From the IMG/VR virus record IMGVR_UViG_3300029220_000017: 40,561 nt of DNA; one strand, written 5' to 3'. Source of the DNA: a virus. The notes beneath the pieces were generated by a model, which searched no databases, was not told where the DNA came from, and was given only the letters and a program-made list of their open reading frames with translations. The position numbers and the translations under genes were made by a program. Shown piece after piece: positions 31,498 through 40,561 of this stretch. Position 1 is the stretch's first letter. Each line of letters starts with the position of its first letter.

Positions 31498-32022
31498 CTA
31501 TTTCACAATTACTATTCCTCTGTACTTTTCATTTTTACATCTTCTTTTGTTCTCTTTTTCGACTGTTGTTACGTTCTTTTTCCCGTCCGAGAATCTCCAT
31601 ACCCTGCCCGTCTTGCTGTCTTTGAGCAAAATGACTGTGTGAATAGGTGAACCTTCTTCAAACAAAATCATGTGTCCCTTTTTCAAGTGTGATTCGATTT
31701 TGTCATTGCTCATAATTTTGTGATAGACTGCCGGCTTTCCAGGGCAGATCTGGTTGATTCCCTTTACGATTTCTGTCAACGGATATTTGGCGCCACATTT
31801 TAATTTTCTTCTGGCGTACTGTAAACACTGCTGCATATTTTTTTTAATGCCTTTGTAGCGCAACGCCATATAAAAAGCTACCAGACTACAGCCGTGCGTG
31901 CGAATAAATGGGGATTTAAAATTATACTGGCTTGGTACCGGGATTTTTCGCCCGTTATCCAATATGATTCTCCACGGATATTTCTTCTTGCTGGTCTTAT
32001 TTTTATTTGCTACTATTCTCAC
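31498..32022 (-). CDS. Putative C39-like / papain-fold peptidase (candidate lysin)
   Basis: THGCSLVAFYMALRYKG is a Cys-nucleophile-like motif and GSPIHTVILL a His motif. The basic N- and C-termini are notable. The start GTG 32022 follows GAGGTGA. The ORF-track start at 32073 is TTG and overlaps the upstream small ORF. Confidence 0.4.
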   Translation of the reverse strand: MRIVANKNKTSKKKYPWRIILDNGRKIPVPSQYNFKSPFIRTHGCSLVAFYMALRYKGIKKNMQQCLQYARRKLKCGAKYPLTEIVKGINQICPGKPAVYHKIMSNDKIESHLKKGHMILFEEGSPIHTVILLKDSKTGRVWRFSDGKKNVTTVEKENKRRCKNEKYRGIVIVK

Positions 32023-32026
32023 TGCT

Positions 32027-32170
32027 TCACCTCGTGTTTCGCTCAGCCACAAGTTTCTCGTGCCCGGACTCAATCAGTATTTTTTTGACTTCGATTTTTA
32101 ATAACCTTGGCACCTCGTCAAAAGTCTTTTTACCGTCAATGATTCTCTTGGCATATAACTGCGCTATCAT
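32027..32170 (-). CDS. XkdX / CD1375-like small protein (47 aa)
   Basis: GGGAGG lies 6 nt before the ATG. MIAQLYAKRIIDGKKTFDEVPRLLKIEVKKILIESGHEKLV resembles small proteins that follow tail-fibre genes in Firmicutes phages. Confidence 0.45.
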   Translation of the reverse strand: MIAQLYAKRIIDGKKTFDEVPRLLKIEVKKILIESGHEKLVAERNTR

Positions 32171-32182
32171 ATGTTCGCCTCC

Positions 32183-32455
32183 CTACGCATAAATTGTATC
32201 AGACAGCTCCAGCAAGCAATCTGTGAGCATCTCGTTTTGTTTCGTAAGCTCTTCTATTTTTTTATTCAGTTCTGGTATAGATGGTGTATTATCGTTAAAT
32301 AAGTGTTCCGGTTCTTCTCGGTCAACATTTTCAACGATTTCATACTTTCCTTCTTCATTTGCCTCTATATGACATGTACCGTTTTCGTTACACCACTGTG
32401 CAGCTTTTGGAGGGTATAAACCGTCAAATGTGTATCCAATATAATATTCTTCCAT
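32183..32455 (-). CDS. Hypothetical protein after the tail fibre (90 aa)
   Basis: An ORF that starts 3 nt after the fibre gene stop, with a C-terminal coiled coil. An XkdW-like position. Confidence 0.5.
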   Translation of the reverse strand: MEEYYIGYTFDGLYPPKAAQWCNENGTCHIEANEEGKYEIVENVDREEPEHLFNDNTPSIPELNKKIEELTKQNEMLTDCLLELSDTIYA

Positions 32456-32457
32456 AA

Positions 32458-35400
32458 TTACACTCCTAACACATATCTTAATACAAAACCTTGATTATTA
32501 ACGCCTATTCCATTTTGAGCGTTGTTGGACTGATTTACGTCAGCACCCTGTATAAATGTATCACCTATATATATATATTTGTTTAATCCGTAATATGGGT
32601 TACACATTAACATACCATCTCCCGGTCGCCAGGCAACGTGCTGTTTAGGTACGAAGAACGATGACCACCACCAATTATCAACAGAATGTTTGTTAGTATC
32701 ATAGTGACTCCAGACAAATACCGCACCGGTTAACTGTTCCGATATCGGTTGATCGAGTGTAAATTTATGACTACTGTTCATCCAGTATCCTACGCCATTG
32801 GCATCCCACAAAATGTTATTTACACCTAATTCACATTTTGCATTTTTAGATATAATTTTTATGGTATTAGCCACAAGTTCCATATATTCGCCGCCATCCA
32901 CGAGTATACGGTTGTAGGCGTAAATATCAAGTTTATCACCATTTAATATCGTATAATCGTTATCAACATATAACCCTTTTCCTACACTCTCATATAGGTC
33001 AGTATATGTTGACCCGTTTTTGACGGTCAAAGAAAGTCCTGTGACATCTTTGGTTTTATCATAATACAATTCCAGAGCTGCTTTTCCACCTTTGTGAACA
33101 TCGTTCGGGTCATTTGTTTGTTGCGTAGAAACAATGATGTTGCGGTCGGATTGCATGACAGAACCGGAACCGTCATAAGTTTTATCGCCGTCCGTGTTGG
33201 TAATCACGATAGGCGCTGTACCAAACCGTACAATCTCATCATTACCTTTTCGCACAGCCATTCCGCTACTGTCCAATAATGTATTTTGACCTAGGGTATC
33301 TCCACGCATATCGCCGACTATTAATCCTGTTCCGTCTTCATATTTCATAAAGTTGGTTGCGGTTTTGGCGGCTTCTTGCTTAGCTTCATTTACAGCTGTC
33401 ACATCTATACAGCTAATGTTGGCAACATACCATTTTGTTCTTCCGTCATTATTTCGATCTATCTGAAAATATACACATCCCTTACGTTTACCTTCGGGAA
33501 CAGTAACATCATACACTGCTTTTTCCCAGCCATCGGATATAGCCGACGTATAACGTGGACTGATGTTATACGAATCCCATGAGTGACCGGAAGACATTTC
33601 CAAGTACCAAATACTAGCGTGTAATTCCAAGTCTCCAGATATACGCTTTCTATCTACGTAAATTGTATATGTATGATCTGGGAATACTGGAAAGCCAGTT
33701 GAATTATTAAAATTATCTGTGGTTTTTATTATATTTACTTTGGATCCATTTGGTGCGGTAACTCCATCTACAAGCGTTGTTATCTGTGGTTTATCAGCGT
33801 CAAATAATGGATTTATCCATAAATTGGTGCCATTTAATCCATCTTCACCTTTTTCTCCTTGTGGCCCCTGTGGTCCAGTTGCGCCAATCTGTCCGTTAAG
33901 TACTATTCCTGAGCTTGTATAATAAGCGGTTATCACCCGTGTTCCAGATTTTCCAAGGGCAAAAGCTTCATACGCGTTTCCTTTTGCTAAACCTTTCATA
34001 CCGATAAATACATGAGTGGCTCTAATACCATTCCATGTATTAGTCATTGCAGAACCGCATTCTAATAATATTTTTCTTGTGCCTGAACTTAGTCCACTTG
34101 CATCGGCAGTAAACAAACATATAATCTTTCCAGTTTTGACTGCATTTAATGGTTCTTCTAATAGGTTGCTTAGTTTGTATGTGTCATAGCTTTTTATGCT
34201 TTCTACGGTGCTATTAGATGGATTTATAACAGCTAATGTATGACCTCTTCCTAGAGAAAAAGAATATTTTGTTCCGTTTATAATAATATATGACACGGTT
34301 GAGCTAAGGTCTGCTAACGTATCATAGTTAGTTCCAGATACAGTAATATACATTGCATTTCTTCCGTCCGCTCCTTGTATTCCTTGTGGACCCCGTGGAC
34401 CAGTGTCGCCTTGCGGTCCAGTTGCACCCTTTATCAACGTCCACTTGTATTTTGACGGGTCTGTAGAATCATTTGGTGAAAAATCAGTATATTGTCCGAT
34501 AAACATCTTATTTGCACTGTCGCCAACACTGAAACCGGTTTTACCATCAGAACTATTTGCATACGCTATGTGTAAATAACTAGTCTTACCGTCAACTCCA
34601 ATACCTGGAATACCCTGTTCTCCTTTCGGACCCTGCGCACCTACGAACCGACTCCAAGTATATTTTTTAGGGTCCGTAGAATCATCTGGTGTAAAATCAA
34701 CGTATGTACCTATATAGGTGCTTGGTGTCTCGGTTAGCTGAGAACTGGAAGTAGGGTTAGCGACCGATGAATACTTGATGTGAAAGTAAGATGTCGCTCC
34801 CGAAGCACCGGTAGCTCCTCTTGGTCCTTGTATTCCCTGCTCGCCTTTCTCACCTTGTAAGCCTTGTAAGCCTCTAGGACCAGTATCACCTTTGTCACCT
34901 TTTTCGCCCTTTTCTCCTTGGGCTCCTTGAGGACCTTGAGCGCCTGTTGCACCCTTATCACCTTTAACACCCTGTGGACCAGTGTCTCCTTTTTGCCCTG
35001 TAGCGCAGATACCTTCTGTCCTTTTTACCGTATTGTCGGTATAGGTGATAACCGACCTTGTCCAGATGTATTTACCGTCAACCCATGTAGGCGGTGTAGT
35101 AGACCACGAGCCCCCAGACAACGTTGTGGCAGATGTGGATTGGTAGTATTCTTCAACGATTGATGCTATGCCTTTTCCAGATGAGCCAGTAGCACCAGTT
35201 GCGCCAGTAATACAGGTACCGTTTTTATCCGGTGAATATGTTACATTACCCGCGCCATCCGTAATTTTAGTTCTCATCCACATGTATTTGCCGTTGGTCC
35301 ATGTGGGCGCTGTGGTAGACCACGAGCCCCCGGAAAGTGATGTGGCAGACGTGGAAAGATAATATTCAACGTCAACTGTCTCAATTTTAGATTCGATAGA

Positions 35401-36381
35401 TGTTTTTGTTTCTTCCCATGCTTCTTCCAAATTTTGATTAGAACCAAATGTAACACTTTTGGCAGATATTGCAAGCTTGTAAGTCCCGTCTTTCGCTTTG
35501 TAGTATCTTAAAAAGTTTTCTGCATCTCCTAAATATAACTGGCCGCTTTTATCCACATAAAATCCCTGTGTGGTGTTATTGATAGAGTCTTTTACTCCGG
35601 AATATAACGAGCCGTCTGTGATATTTAACCCACCAATAGTTGCGCCAAATGCCACTAAATCTTTAACAGACACTTTTTCTGCGGTAACTGATTTGGCAAT
35701 TATTACAGAGCCATCTAATCCATTTTGATACTTTACGTCAGACGAAGCCACTGCTTCGCCAAGCGCATTTACATTTAGTTTGTAGTACAGACCATCTTCG
35801 CCTAACACTACAAGTTTCTCGGCCTTAACCGTATTACCCTCAATAAGGTCTCCGCTAATGGTTACACCGATAAGGTGCCCGGTGATTTTTTGATCGCCAA
35901 CAACAACATCTTTAATCAAACCGGACTGGGCGTAGAAATATTCCATTGCGGCCTTGCCGATGTTGGAAAAATCAATATTTGCAAATTTTATGTTTGCGCT
36001 TTCCGCATCAAGTTTTTTGGTATTTAGGTTTTCGATATCAGCATTAACTGCCTTAAAATTTTCAGCTGTTAAGCCTACAAATTCACCGTAGGACTTCGCT
36101 ACCGCATTTACTGCTCTTTGTGCTACTTCTGCGGCAGAGTCGTCTGTTGGTGGTGCCGTAATGTTTCCGGTAATCCACGCTTTCCCGCCACTGACACGAA
36201 TTTTTACTGTGTCACCTGTCTTACAATTAATCGCCATCTGTGCGGGGGTTTCGTCTGCTCCACCGTCAATGTGGACATATGCCGTTTTTTCGTCAATTCG
36301 GAGGACTTTTGCAACCGTATCATATGCTTTTGTCTTGCTTTCTTTCATCGCCGAGGCGATTTCTTTTACAAATTCATTCAA
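32458..36381 (-). CDS. Tail fibre / receptor-binding protein with collagen-like repeats
   Basis: 1307 aa with four Gly-X-Y blocks. The largest covers residues 462-528 (34798-34998); the others are at 34600-34641, 34363-34428 and 33832-33897. Two internally duplicated modules are present. Confidence 0.85.
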   Translation of the reverse strand: MNEFVKEIASAMKESKTKAYDTVAKVLRIDEKTAYVHIDGGADETPAQMAINCKTGDTVKIRVSGGKAWITGNITAPPTDDSAAEVAQRAVNAVAKSYGEFVGLTAENFKAVNADIENLNTKKLDAESANIKFANIDFSNIGKAAMEYFYAQSGLIKDVVVGDQKITGHLIGVTISGDLIEGNTVKAEKLVVLGEDGLYYKLNVNALGEAVASSDVKYQNGLDGSVIIAKSVTAEKVSVKDLVAFGATIGGLNITDGSLYSGVKDSINNTTQGFYVDKSGQLYLGDAENFLRYYKAKDGTYKLAISAKSVTFGSNQNLEEAWEETKTSIESKIETVDVEYYLSTSATSLSGGSWSTTAPTWTNGKYMWMRTKITDGAGNVTYSPDKNGTCITGATGATGSSGKGIASIVEEYYQSTSATTLSGGSWSTTPPTWVDGKYIWTRSVITYTDNTVKRTEGICATGQKGDTGPQGVKGDKGATGAQGPQGAQGEKGEKGDKGDTGPRGLQGLQGEKGEQGIQGPRGATGASGATSYFHIKYSSVANPTSSSQLTETPSTYIGTYVDFTPDDSTDPKKYTWSRFVGAQGPKGEQGIPGIGVDGKTSYLHIAYANSSDGKTGFSVGDSANKMFIGQYTDFSPNDSTDPSKYKWTLIKGATGPQGDTGPRGPQGIQGADGRNAMYITVSGTNYDTLADLSSTVSYIIINGTKYSFSLGRGHTLAVINPSNSTVESIKSYDTYKLSNLLEEPLNAVKTGKIICLFTADASGLSSGTRKILLECGSAMTNTWNGIRATHVFIGMKGLAKGNAYEAFALGKSGTRVITAYYTSSGIVLNGQIGATGPQGPQGEKGEDGLNGTNLWINPLFDADKPQITTLVDGVTAPNGSKVNIIKTTDNFNNSTGFPVFPDHTYTIYVDRKRISGDLELHASIWYLEMSSGHSWDSYNISPRYTSAISDGWEKAVYDVTVPEGKRKGCVYFQIDRNNDGRTKWYVANISCIDVTAVNEAKQEAAKTATNFMKYEDGTGLIVGDMRGDTLGQNTLLDSSGMAVRKGNDEIVRFGTAPIVITNTDGDKTYDGSGSVMQSDRNIIVSTQQTNDPNDVHKGGKAALELYYDKTKDVTGLSLTVKNGSTYTDLYESVGKGLYVDNDYTILNGDKLDIYAYNRILVDGGEYMELVANTIKIISKNAKCELGVNNILWDANGVGYWMNSSHKFTLDQPISEQLTGAVFVWSHYDTNKHSVDNWWWSSFFVPKQHVAWRPGDGMLMCNPYYGLNKYIYIGDTFIQGADVNQSNNAQNGIGVNNQGFVLRYVLGV

Positions 36382-37390
36382 TACTTTCTACCCCTTCTTT
36401 CGTGCGGCAACCATGTTCTAGAGAGAGTGATTGTGATGTTATTCTAAATTTTCCGGTAAGGTTATGCCGTGGATAATTCAAAAAGACCACGTCACCCAAA
36501 AGTACATCCTCAAAAAACCGCCGGCTGTACTGTATCGTTCTGGCAGGGTTCTGCAATTCTTTTAGTTTTCTAACGGCGTAAGCCGCTATGTTTTCCCCAG
36601 AGGACAATTCAACACCTGTTTCTGATTTCCACACTTCCCTGCCCCGGCTGACGGTTGATAGATAACTATCCGGACTATCATCCCGCGCGATGGCTGCTCC
36701 GTAATCGTCATGTATTGCCATAAAACAGTTTGGTGTGTCATACCAATTAAATGTGTCTGTTACGTCACACTCCACGATGTCATTTGCGTTAATTCCCACC
36801 GTAAGACTGCTATTATTATCATTTGCGCAGATAACAATACTTCCATCGCCAAGTATTCGCATCCGCCAACCAATAGCATCTAAAATATGCAGTGCCATCG
36901 TGAGCCTTGTTTCCCCGTCTTCCGCAACGATGTTATCTGTAGTTATCGGCGATGTTCCCTCGACATACACGGGGGCAGGGATGCAATCATTGAGCAGATT
37001 TTTAATCTGTTTTGCTCCGCTACCGGCTGGTACATAATAGCCACGCGGTAAGATCACATCGTCTGCTGGCTTAAGGACAGAATAACAGTCAATATTGTAG
37101 TTTTCCCTAACACCATCAAGCTTTCTTTCCGGGAAGGCGGTCAAGCCAGTAAACAGTGCTACTTTTACTCCTGACCCTCCTTGTCTGGCTTGCAGGTAAA
37201 TGCGGACCCAACACTCATTGTCTGCTATCTTTTCCGTCATTGTGACAGAGGCAGATTCCCTTAAATCTGACGTGCTGTCCCGGTCAATACTGCCCTCAGT
37301 AAATTCAAATTCTTGCTGATCTGTCCACGTCTTGGGGTCAACCGTTGTCAAAATATATCTTGCTGAAAATCCTTTGCTCCAATCCATCAC
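36374..37390 (-). CDS. Baseplate hub / Tal-like N-terminal-domain protein
   Basis: 338 aa, between the post-tape-measure protein and the fibre. Its size and beta-rich pattern fit gp27/Tal-N-like hubs. The call is mainly positional. Confidence 0.5.
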   Translation of the reverse strand: MMDWSKGFSARYILTTVDPKTWTDQQEFEFTEGSIDRDSTSDLRESASVTMTEKIADNECWVRIYLQARQGGSGVKVALFTGLTAFPERKLDGVRENYNIDCYSVLKPADDVILPRGYYVPAGSGAKQIKNLLNDCIPAPVYVEGTSPITTDNIVAEDGETRLTMALHILDAIGWRMRILGDGSIVICANDNNSSLTVGINANDIVECDVTDTFNWYDTPNCFMAIHDDYGAAIARDDSPDSYLSTVSRGREVWKSETGVELSSGENIAAYAVRKLKELQNPARTIQYSRRFFEDVLLGDVVFLNYPRHNLTGKFRITSQSLSLEHGCRTKEGVESIE

Positions 37391-40300
37391 ATCACCTCGT
37401 TAGGATGTTCTGCGCTCCACTGCTCTTCCGTCACAGCGTCCAGTTCTTCCGAATCCACTTTTTTAATCGTTAGTGAGAAATCTGCCCTCATTTTATTATC
37501 GTGGTCTTTTTTCTCTGATACCTGTATATCGCAGGAAAAAGACGAACCGTCCGGCGTCCTAACGTGACATATTCCGGGATACGTTGCGAGGCGTCTCATT
37601 TGCTCAATCATCGTTGGTTCTGTTAGTGAGATACTTACCGCATCAATTTTTAAATCACGAGTGACTGCAGGGTTCCAGTCGCCTTGCACAGAGCCACCAA
37701 GGTATACTGTCCTCTCAAAATCTTTATCCCATGAGTTATCTAAATCAAGGTTATACTGGATTTCGATAGATTCACTGTCAAAATCAATGATTGCCTTTTC
37801 GTGGGCTATCGAAAATTCGTTGTATAACCATGCAAACGAGCTATCTACTGTTATATAGTCGCCGTTGGCGGTTTTATTTACAACCAATATGCCTCCGTAT
37901 TCGTTTAGCGCAGGGTATGGGTCAACATATTTCTGGCCATAGATTCCGTTCCCCAGAATCAATTCTGCTCTGTCTACGCTCATCCGGTACAAATCAAACG
38001 TATCCCCATCAGCATATGTAGTTGGTTTAGTAACAACAATACTTGCTGTTTTATTGTCTGCAATCGTATTTACAGTGGCCGTTGGCACTTCCGGCTGATG
38101 TTTCCACCGCACAACAAACGGTATCTTTTTTTCTGCCACATGGTCATAAATATCTGTAAATGCAATCTGTATACTGTACCTTGCACCGTCATCCATCTGC
38201 CCGATCAGGTCGCCCAAGGCAATACTGTAGTTATCTGTTTCACTACCGGTAAAACTGGCAATAATTTCGCCGGCAAAATGCTGTTCCTTTAATCCGTCCG
38301 GGCGCAGAATATAATAATCCTCGTCTCTGACAACCATTACTTTTGCTGTGCCAGCAGAATCCCCGAAGGAAGGGGCTATTGTTAGTGGTAGCTGCTCTAA
38401 GTAGTTTGTTGTGCCTTCCGATGATTCTGGTACTGTCTGGTCACTTGCTTCTGTGGTAACATCGCCAGAATTATATGTAGTTGCTTCCGAAACAAGATTT
38501 GTTGAAACGCTGTCTATTGCAGGTTTTGCAACAATTTCGACAGCCACAGAATCTGACCATGCCCCCTCTTTACCTCCCTGTGCTGTAACCATTGCTTTTA
38601 AATAATGGATTTCTCCTACATTCCACAGATTGCTCAAAAGACCACTTGCAGTATAGATTTTATTAATGTTTTCAATAGTTTCCGATAATGTCTCCATGCC
38701 GGAAGACATCATTAAAACAACGACGTTTCCATCTTTGCCTTTAACCGGCTCATCGTTAACCGCTTCTGCTATTTTTATGCTCGCTTTGCTGTTTCCGGTG
38801 TAACCGACACTGCAAATAACTGTGTCGTCCATGGCAAGATAATTTTCTGTCGTTGCAAGCGTAGGAGTCGTTGGGGTCTCGCTCAGCGATACGGAAACCG
38901 TATCAGACCAAGGAGATAACACTTCCTCATCCCCGGACGTATCCCGCAATCTTACGCGGAAATAATATGTTTTTGCCGATTCCAGGGACCCGATATGCCA
39001 TGTGGTCTCCCTGTCCTCCACGTCATAAGTAGTTGGGGCGTCCGTACTAATCCATGCGTCCTCATGGTCTGCCCATGATATAGTAGCCGCATCTGCGTTT
39101 TTCCATGACCAATCCCACGTTAATTCTACGGTATCAGATGCTACCGCCATTGCAGTTATATTTTTCGGCGGAACCGCAATTTTTCTTGTCTCTGAGTAAA
39201 TCCACCCTGACTGCATGAGGGGGCTAAGTTTGTAGGTAATGCCAGGCGCTCCATTCTGAGGCGTAGAAGTTCCGGTAAAATTCTTGAGGGCAATCTGGTA
39301 TTCAGCGCCGCCGGAAACGTCCGGACACGTAACCGTGATCGTCCCCTCTTTGTCGGTGATTGCAATAATACCTTTTTCTTCATTGTCTATTTTCATCCAG
39401 ACGGCTGTTTTAGCGTCAGGCACTTCCGTGTTGCGCTCAATGCTGTTAATTGTCAGTGTTGTTCCTGTCGCTGATACCGTATCAAATGACGGGGATTTTA
39501 GGGCTCCTCGTGCCGCTACTCGTGGCTCAGAATACGCATATTTTTTATCGTGCGTACTTTGCACCCTTGTCCACATAATCTGGTCTTCCGCTATGCCGTC
39601 GTCTGTATTAAAATCTGCCGATACCGTGTAGTCATGGTATGCAACGGTTACTCCTGTGCTCCATGAGGTGCCGGTATACCTCTCTCCGCTTTCCGGCGTG
39701 TCTATGGCATATTGTAGCTCCATGGAATCCACAGGGCGGTCTTGTGGCGATGCCTGCACCCAGTTTGCCCATACATACCGGCTAGAGGAACCTATCTCTT
39801 TGCTCCCTGTGTTCTGTATGTTTGGACGTTCCGGGATGCTGTAATAATGGTACGCATAACCCCAACCGGAATCTCCGGCACATCCTCTCGACTTTACCCT
39901 TACAATGCGGCAGAATGTCATACTCTGTGTTGGGGAACCATCCTCTGTTATTTCCCATGTACCAGAAGCCCCTGTATAAGCCGAATTGGCAAAGCGAGCG
40001 TTCGCAATGGCGCCCTTATAGTTTGCCATTAATGCAGTCTGTACCTGTGTTTTTGCGAAATGTCTCGCATCATTCGCCTCGTATGATGTGCTCCAAGTAA
40101 AGGCACCTTTATTTGCGCCAGTATCATCAAGAGAATAAGAAACGGAAGGGGCATTTGGTGCATAAATGGTAAATGTCTTTGTGGAATGTGCGGCTGTATA
40201 GGTATGCTTTTTATCACTTTTTGTTTTGCCCTTTACCTTAAACTCTATCGCATTTAATAATTTTGATGAGACAGGATAATAATTTTTTGCATCAAGTGCT

Positions 40301-40518
40301 ACTGTTTTTTTGGTTGCTGATTTTCCCACATCTATTTTCTTCCACTTTGTCCAATCCCATTTGGATGCACCGGCGTTTTTTGTATGTAGACGATACCACA
40401 GCCACTGTCCATCCTCATATTTTTTCGCCGGTATTTTCCAAGATATTGTAAATTTCAGATTGTCTCTCGATATAGACAGACCACTGGGAGCAGCAGATTT
40501 TTTATTTTTCTTTGCCAT
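37387..40518 (-). CDS. Large tail-tip protein at the Dit position with FN3-like repeats
   Basis: 1043 aa, starting 1 nt inside the tape-measure stop (TAATG across the circular junction). There is a clear FN3-like module at residues ~449-545 (38884-39174: PPKNITAM...TVELTWDW...YYFRVRLRD...SPWS) and another at the N-terminus. Confidence 0.55.
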   Translation of the reverse strand: MAKKNKKSAAPSGLSISRDNLKFTISWKIPAKKYEDGQWLWYRLHTKNAGASKWDWTKWKKIDVGKSATKKTVALDAKNYYPVSSKLLNAIEFKVKGKTKSDKKHTYTAAHSTKTFTIYAPNAPSVSYSLDDTGANKGAFTWSTSYEANDARHFAKTQVQTALMANYKGAIANARFANSAYTGASGTWEITEDGSPTQSMTFCRIVRVKSRGCAGDSGWGYAYHYYSIPERPNIQNTGSKEIGSSSRYVWANWVQASPQDRPVDSMELQYAIDTPESGERYTGTSWSTGVTVAYHDYTVSADFNTDDGIAEDQIMWTRVQSTHDKKYAYSEPRVAARGALKSPSFDTVSATGTTLTINSIERNTEVPDAKTAVWMKIDNEEKGIIAITDKEGTITVTCPDVSGGAEYQIALKNFTGTSTPQNGAPGITYKLSPLMQSGWIYSETRKIAVPPKNITAMAVASDTVELTWDWSWKNADAATISWADHEDAWISTDAPTTYDVEDRETTWHIGSLESAKTYYFRVRLRDTSGDEEVLSPWSDTVSVSLSETPTTPTLATTENYLAMDDTVICSVGYTGNSKASIKIAEAVNDEPVKGKDGNVVVLMMSSGMETLSETIENINKIYTASGLLSNLWNVGEIHYLKAMVTAQGGKEGAWSDSVAVEIVAKPAIDSVSTNLVSEATTYNSGDVTTEASDQTVPESSEGTTNYLEQLPLTIAPSFGDSAGTAKVMVVRDEDYYILRPDGLKEQHFAGEIIASFTGSETDNYSIALGDLIGQMDDGARYSIQIAFTDIYDHVAEKKIPFVVRWKHQPEVPTATVNTIADNKTASIVVTKPTTYADGDTFDLYRMSVDRAELILGNGIYGQKYVDPYPALNEYGGILVVNKTANGDYITVDSSFAWLYNEFSIAHEKAIIDFDSESIEIQYNLDLDNSWDKDFERTVYLGGSVQGDWNPAVTRDLKIDAVSISLTEPTMIEQMRRLATYPGICHVRTPDGSSFSCDIQVSEKKDHDNKMRADFSLTIKKVDSEELDAVTEEQWSAEHPNEVM

Positions 40519-40561
40519 TATGCCATTTTCACCTGCCTTCTAAGCTCACTTGCCATCCTTC
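40463..40561. repeat. 99-bp exact terminal direct repeat, copy 2
   Basis: Identical to 1-99. Confidence 0.95.

Noticed and set aside
34734-35474. Alternative-frame ORFs inside the collagen-repeat region of the fibre gene (34734..34970-, 34918..35163+, 35168..35362+, 35274..35474-)
   Set aside because: The periodic GGN-NNN-NNN DNA keeps several frames open by chance. The 1307-aa frame is continuous and has clear Gly-X-Y and module structure.
1-40561. tRNA, rRNA, tmRNA, CRISPR arrays, reverse transcriptase/DGR, inteins or group I introns
   Set aside because: No cloverleaf-like GTTCGAATC-type arms, repeat-spacer arrays, RT motifs or interrupted core genes were seen. All large core genes read through intact.

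Overview
The window is a complete, circularly assembled temperate siphovirus genome. Its unique length is 40,462 bp, because bases 1-99 are identical to 40463-40561. GGAGG-type ribosome binding sites, a TcdE-family holin and a large serine integrase suggest a low-GC Gram-positive (Clostridia-like) host; this is inference. Almost all genes lie on the minus strand. The order, read on that strand and wrapping across the junction, is: Cro-like, antirepressor, replication/recombination module (replisome organiser with internal iterons, G39P-like loader, Gp157, ERF, DUF1064). Next comes a methylation island: an HsdM-like m6A MTase, a half-size HsdS, and a long C5-MTase. Then follow a late regulator, terS/terL, portal, MuF-like, gp10-like, a GH25 muramidase, scaffold, capsid, connectors, major tail protein, a frameshifted chaperone and the tape measure. 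The tail tip consists of a 1043-aa FN3-containing protein, a hub-like protein and a 1307-aa collagen-repeat fibre. It ends with a holin region and a terminator-insulated cassette of unknown genes next to attP. The plus strand carries the lysogeny genes: a CI-like repressor, a Zn-ribbon/DUF4352 moron, two further HTH regulators and the serine integrase. The most unusual features are: (i) the 27.6-30.8 kb post-lysis cassette of Cys-rich, low-complexity, membrane and beta-rich proteins; (ii) an 82-bp inverted duplication of a promoter/5'UTR module flanking a small HTH gene; (iii) an orphan Type-I-like M+S pair beside a probably multispecific C5-MTase; (iv) a muramidase embedded in the head module; (v) two promoter-plus-terminator units with no credible ORF. 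No tRNA, rRNA or CRISPR array was seen. All family names come from motif recognition by eye, not from database searches.
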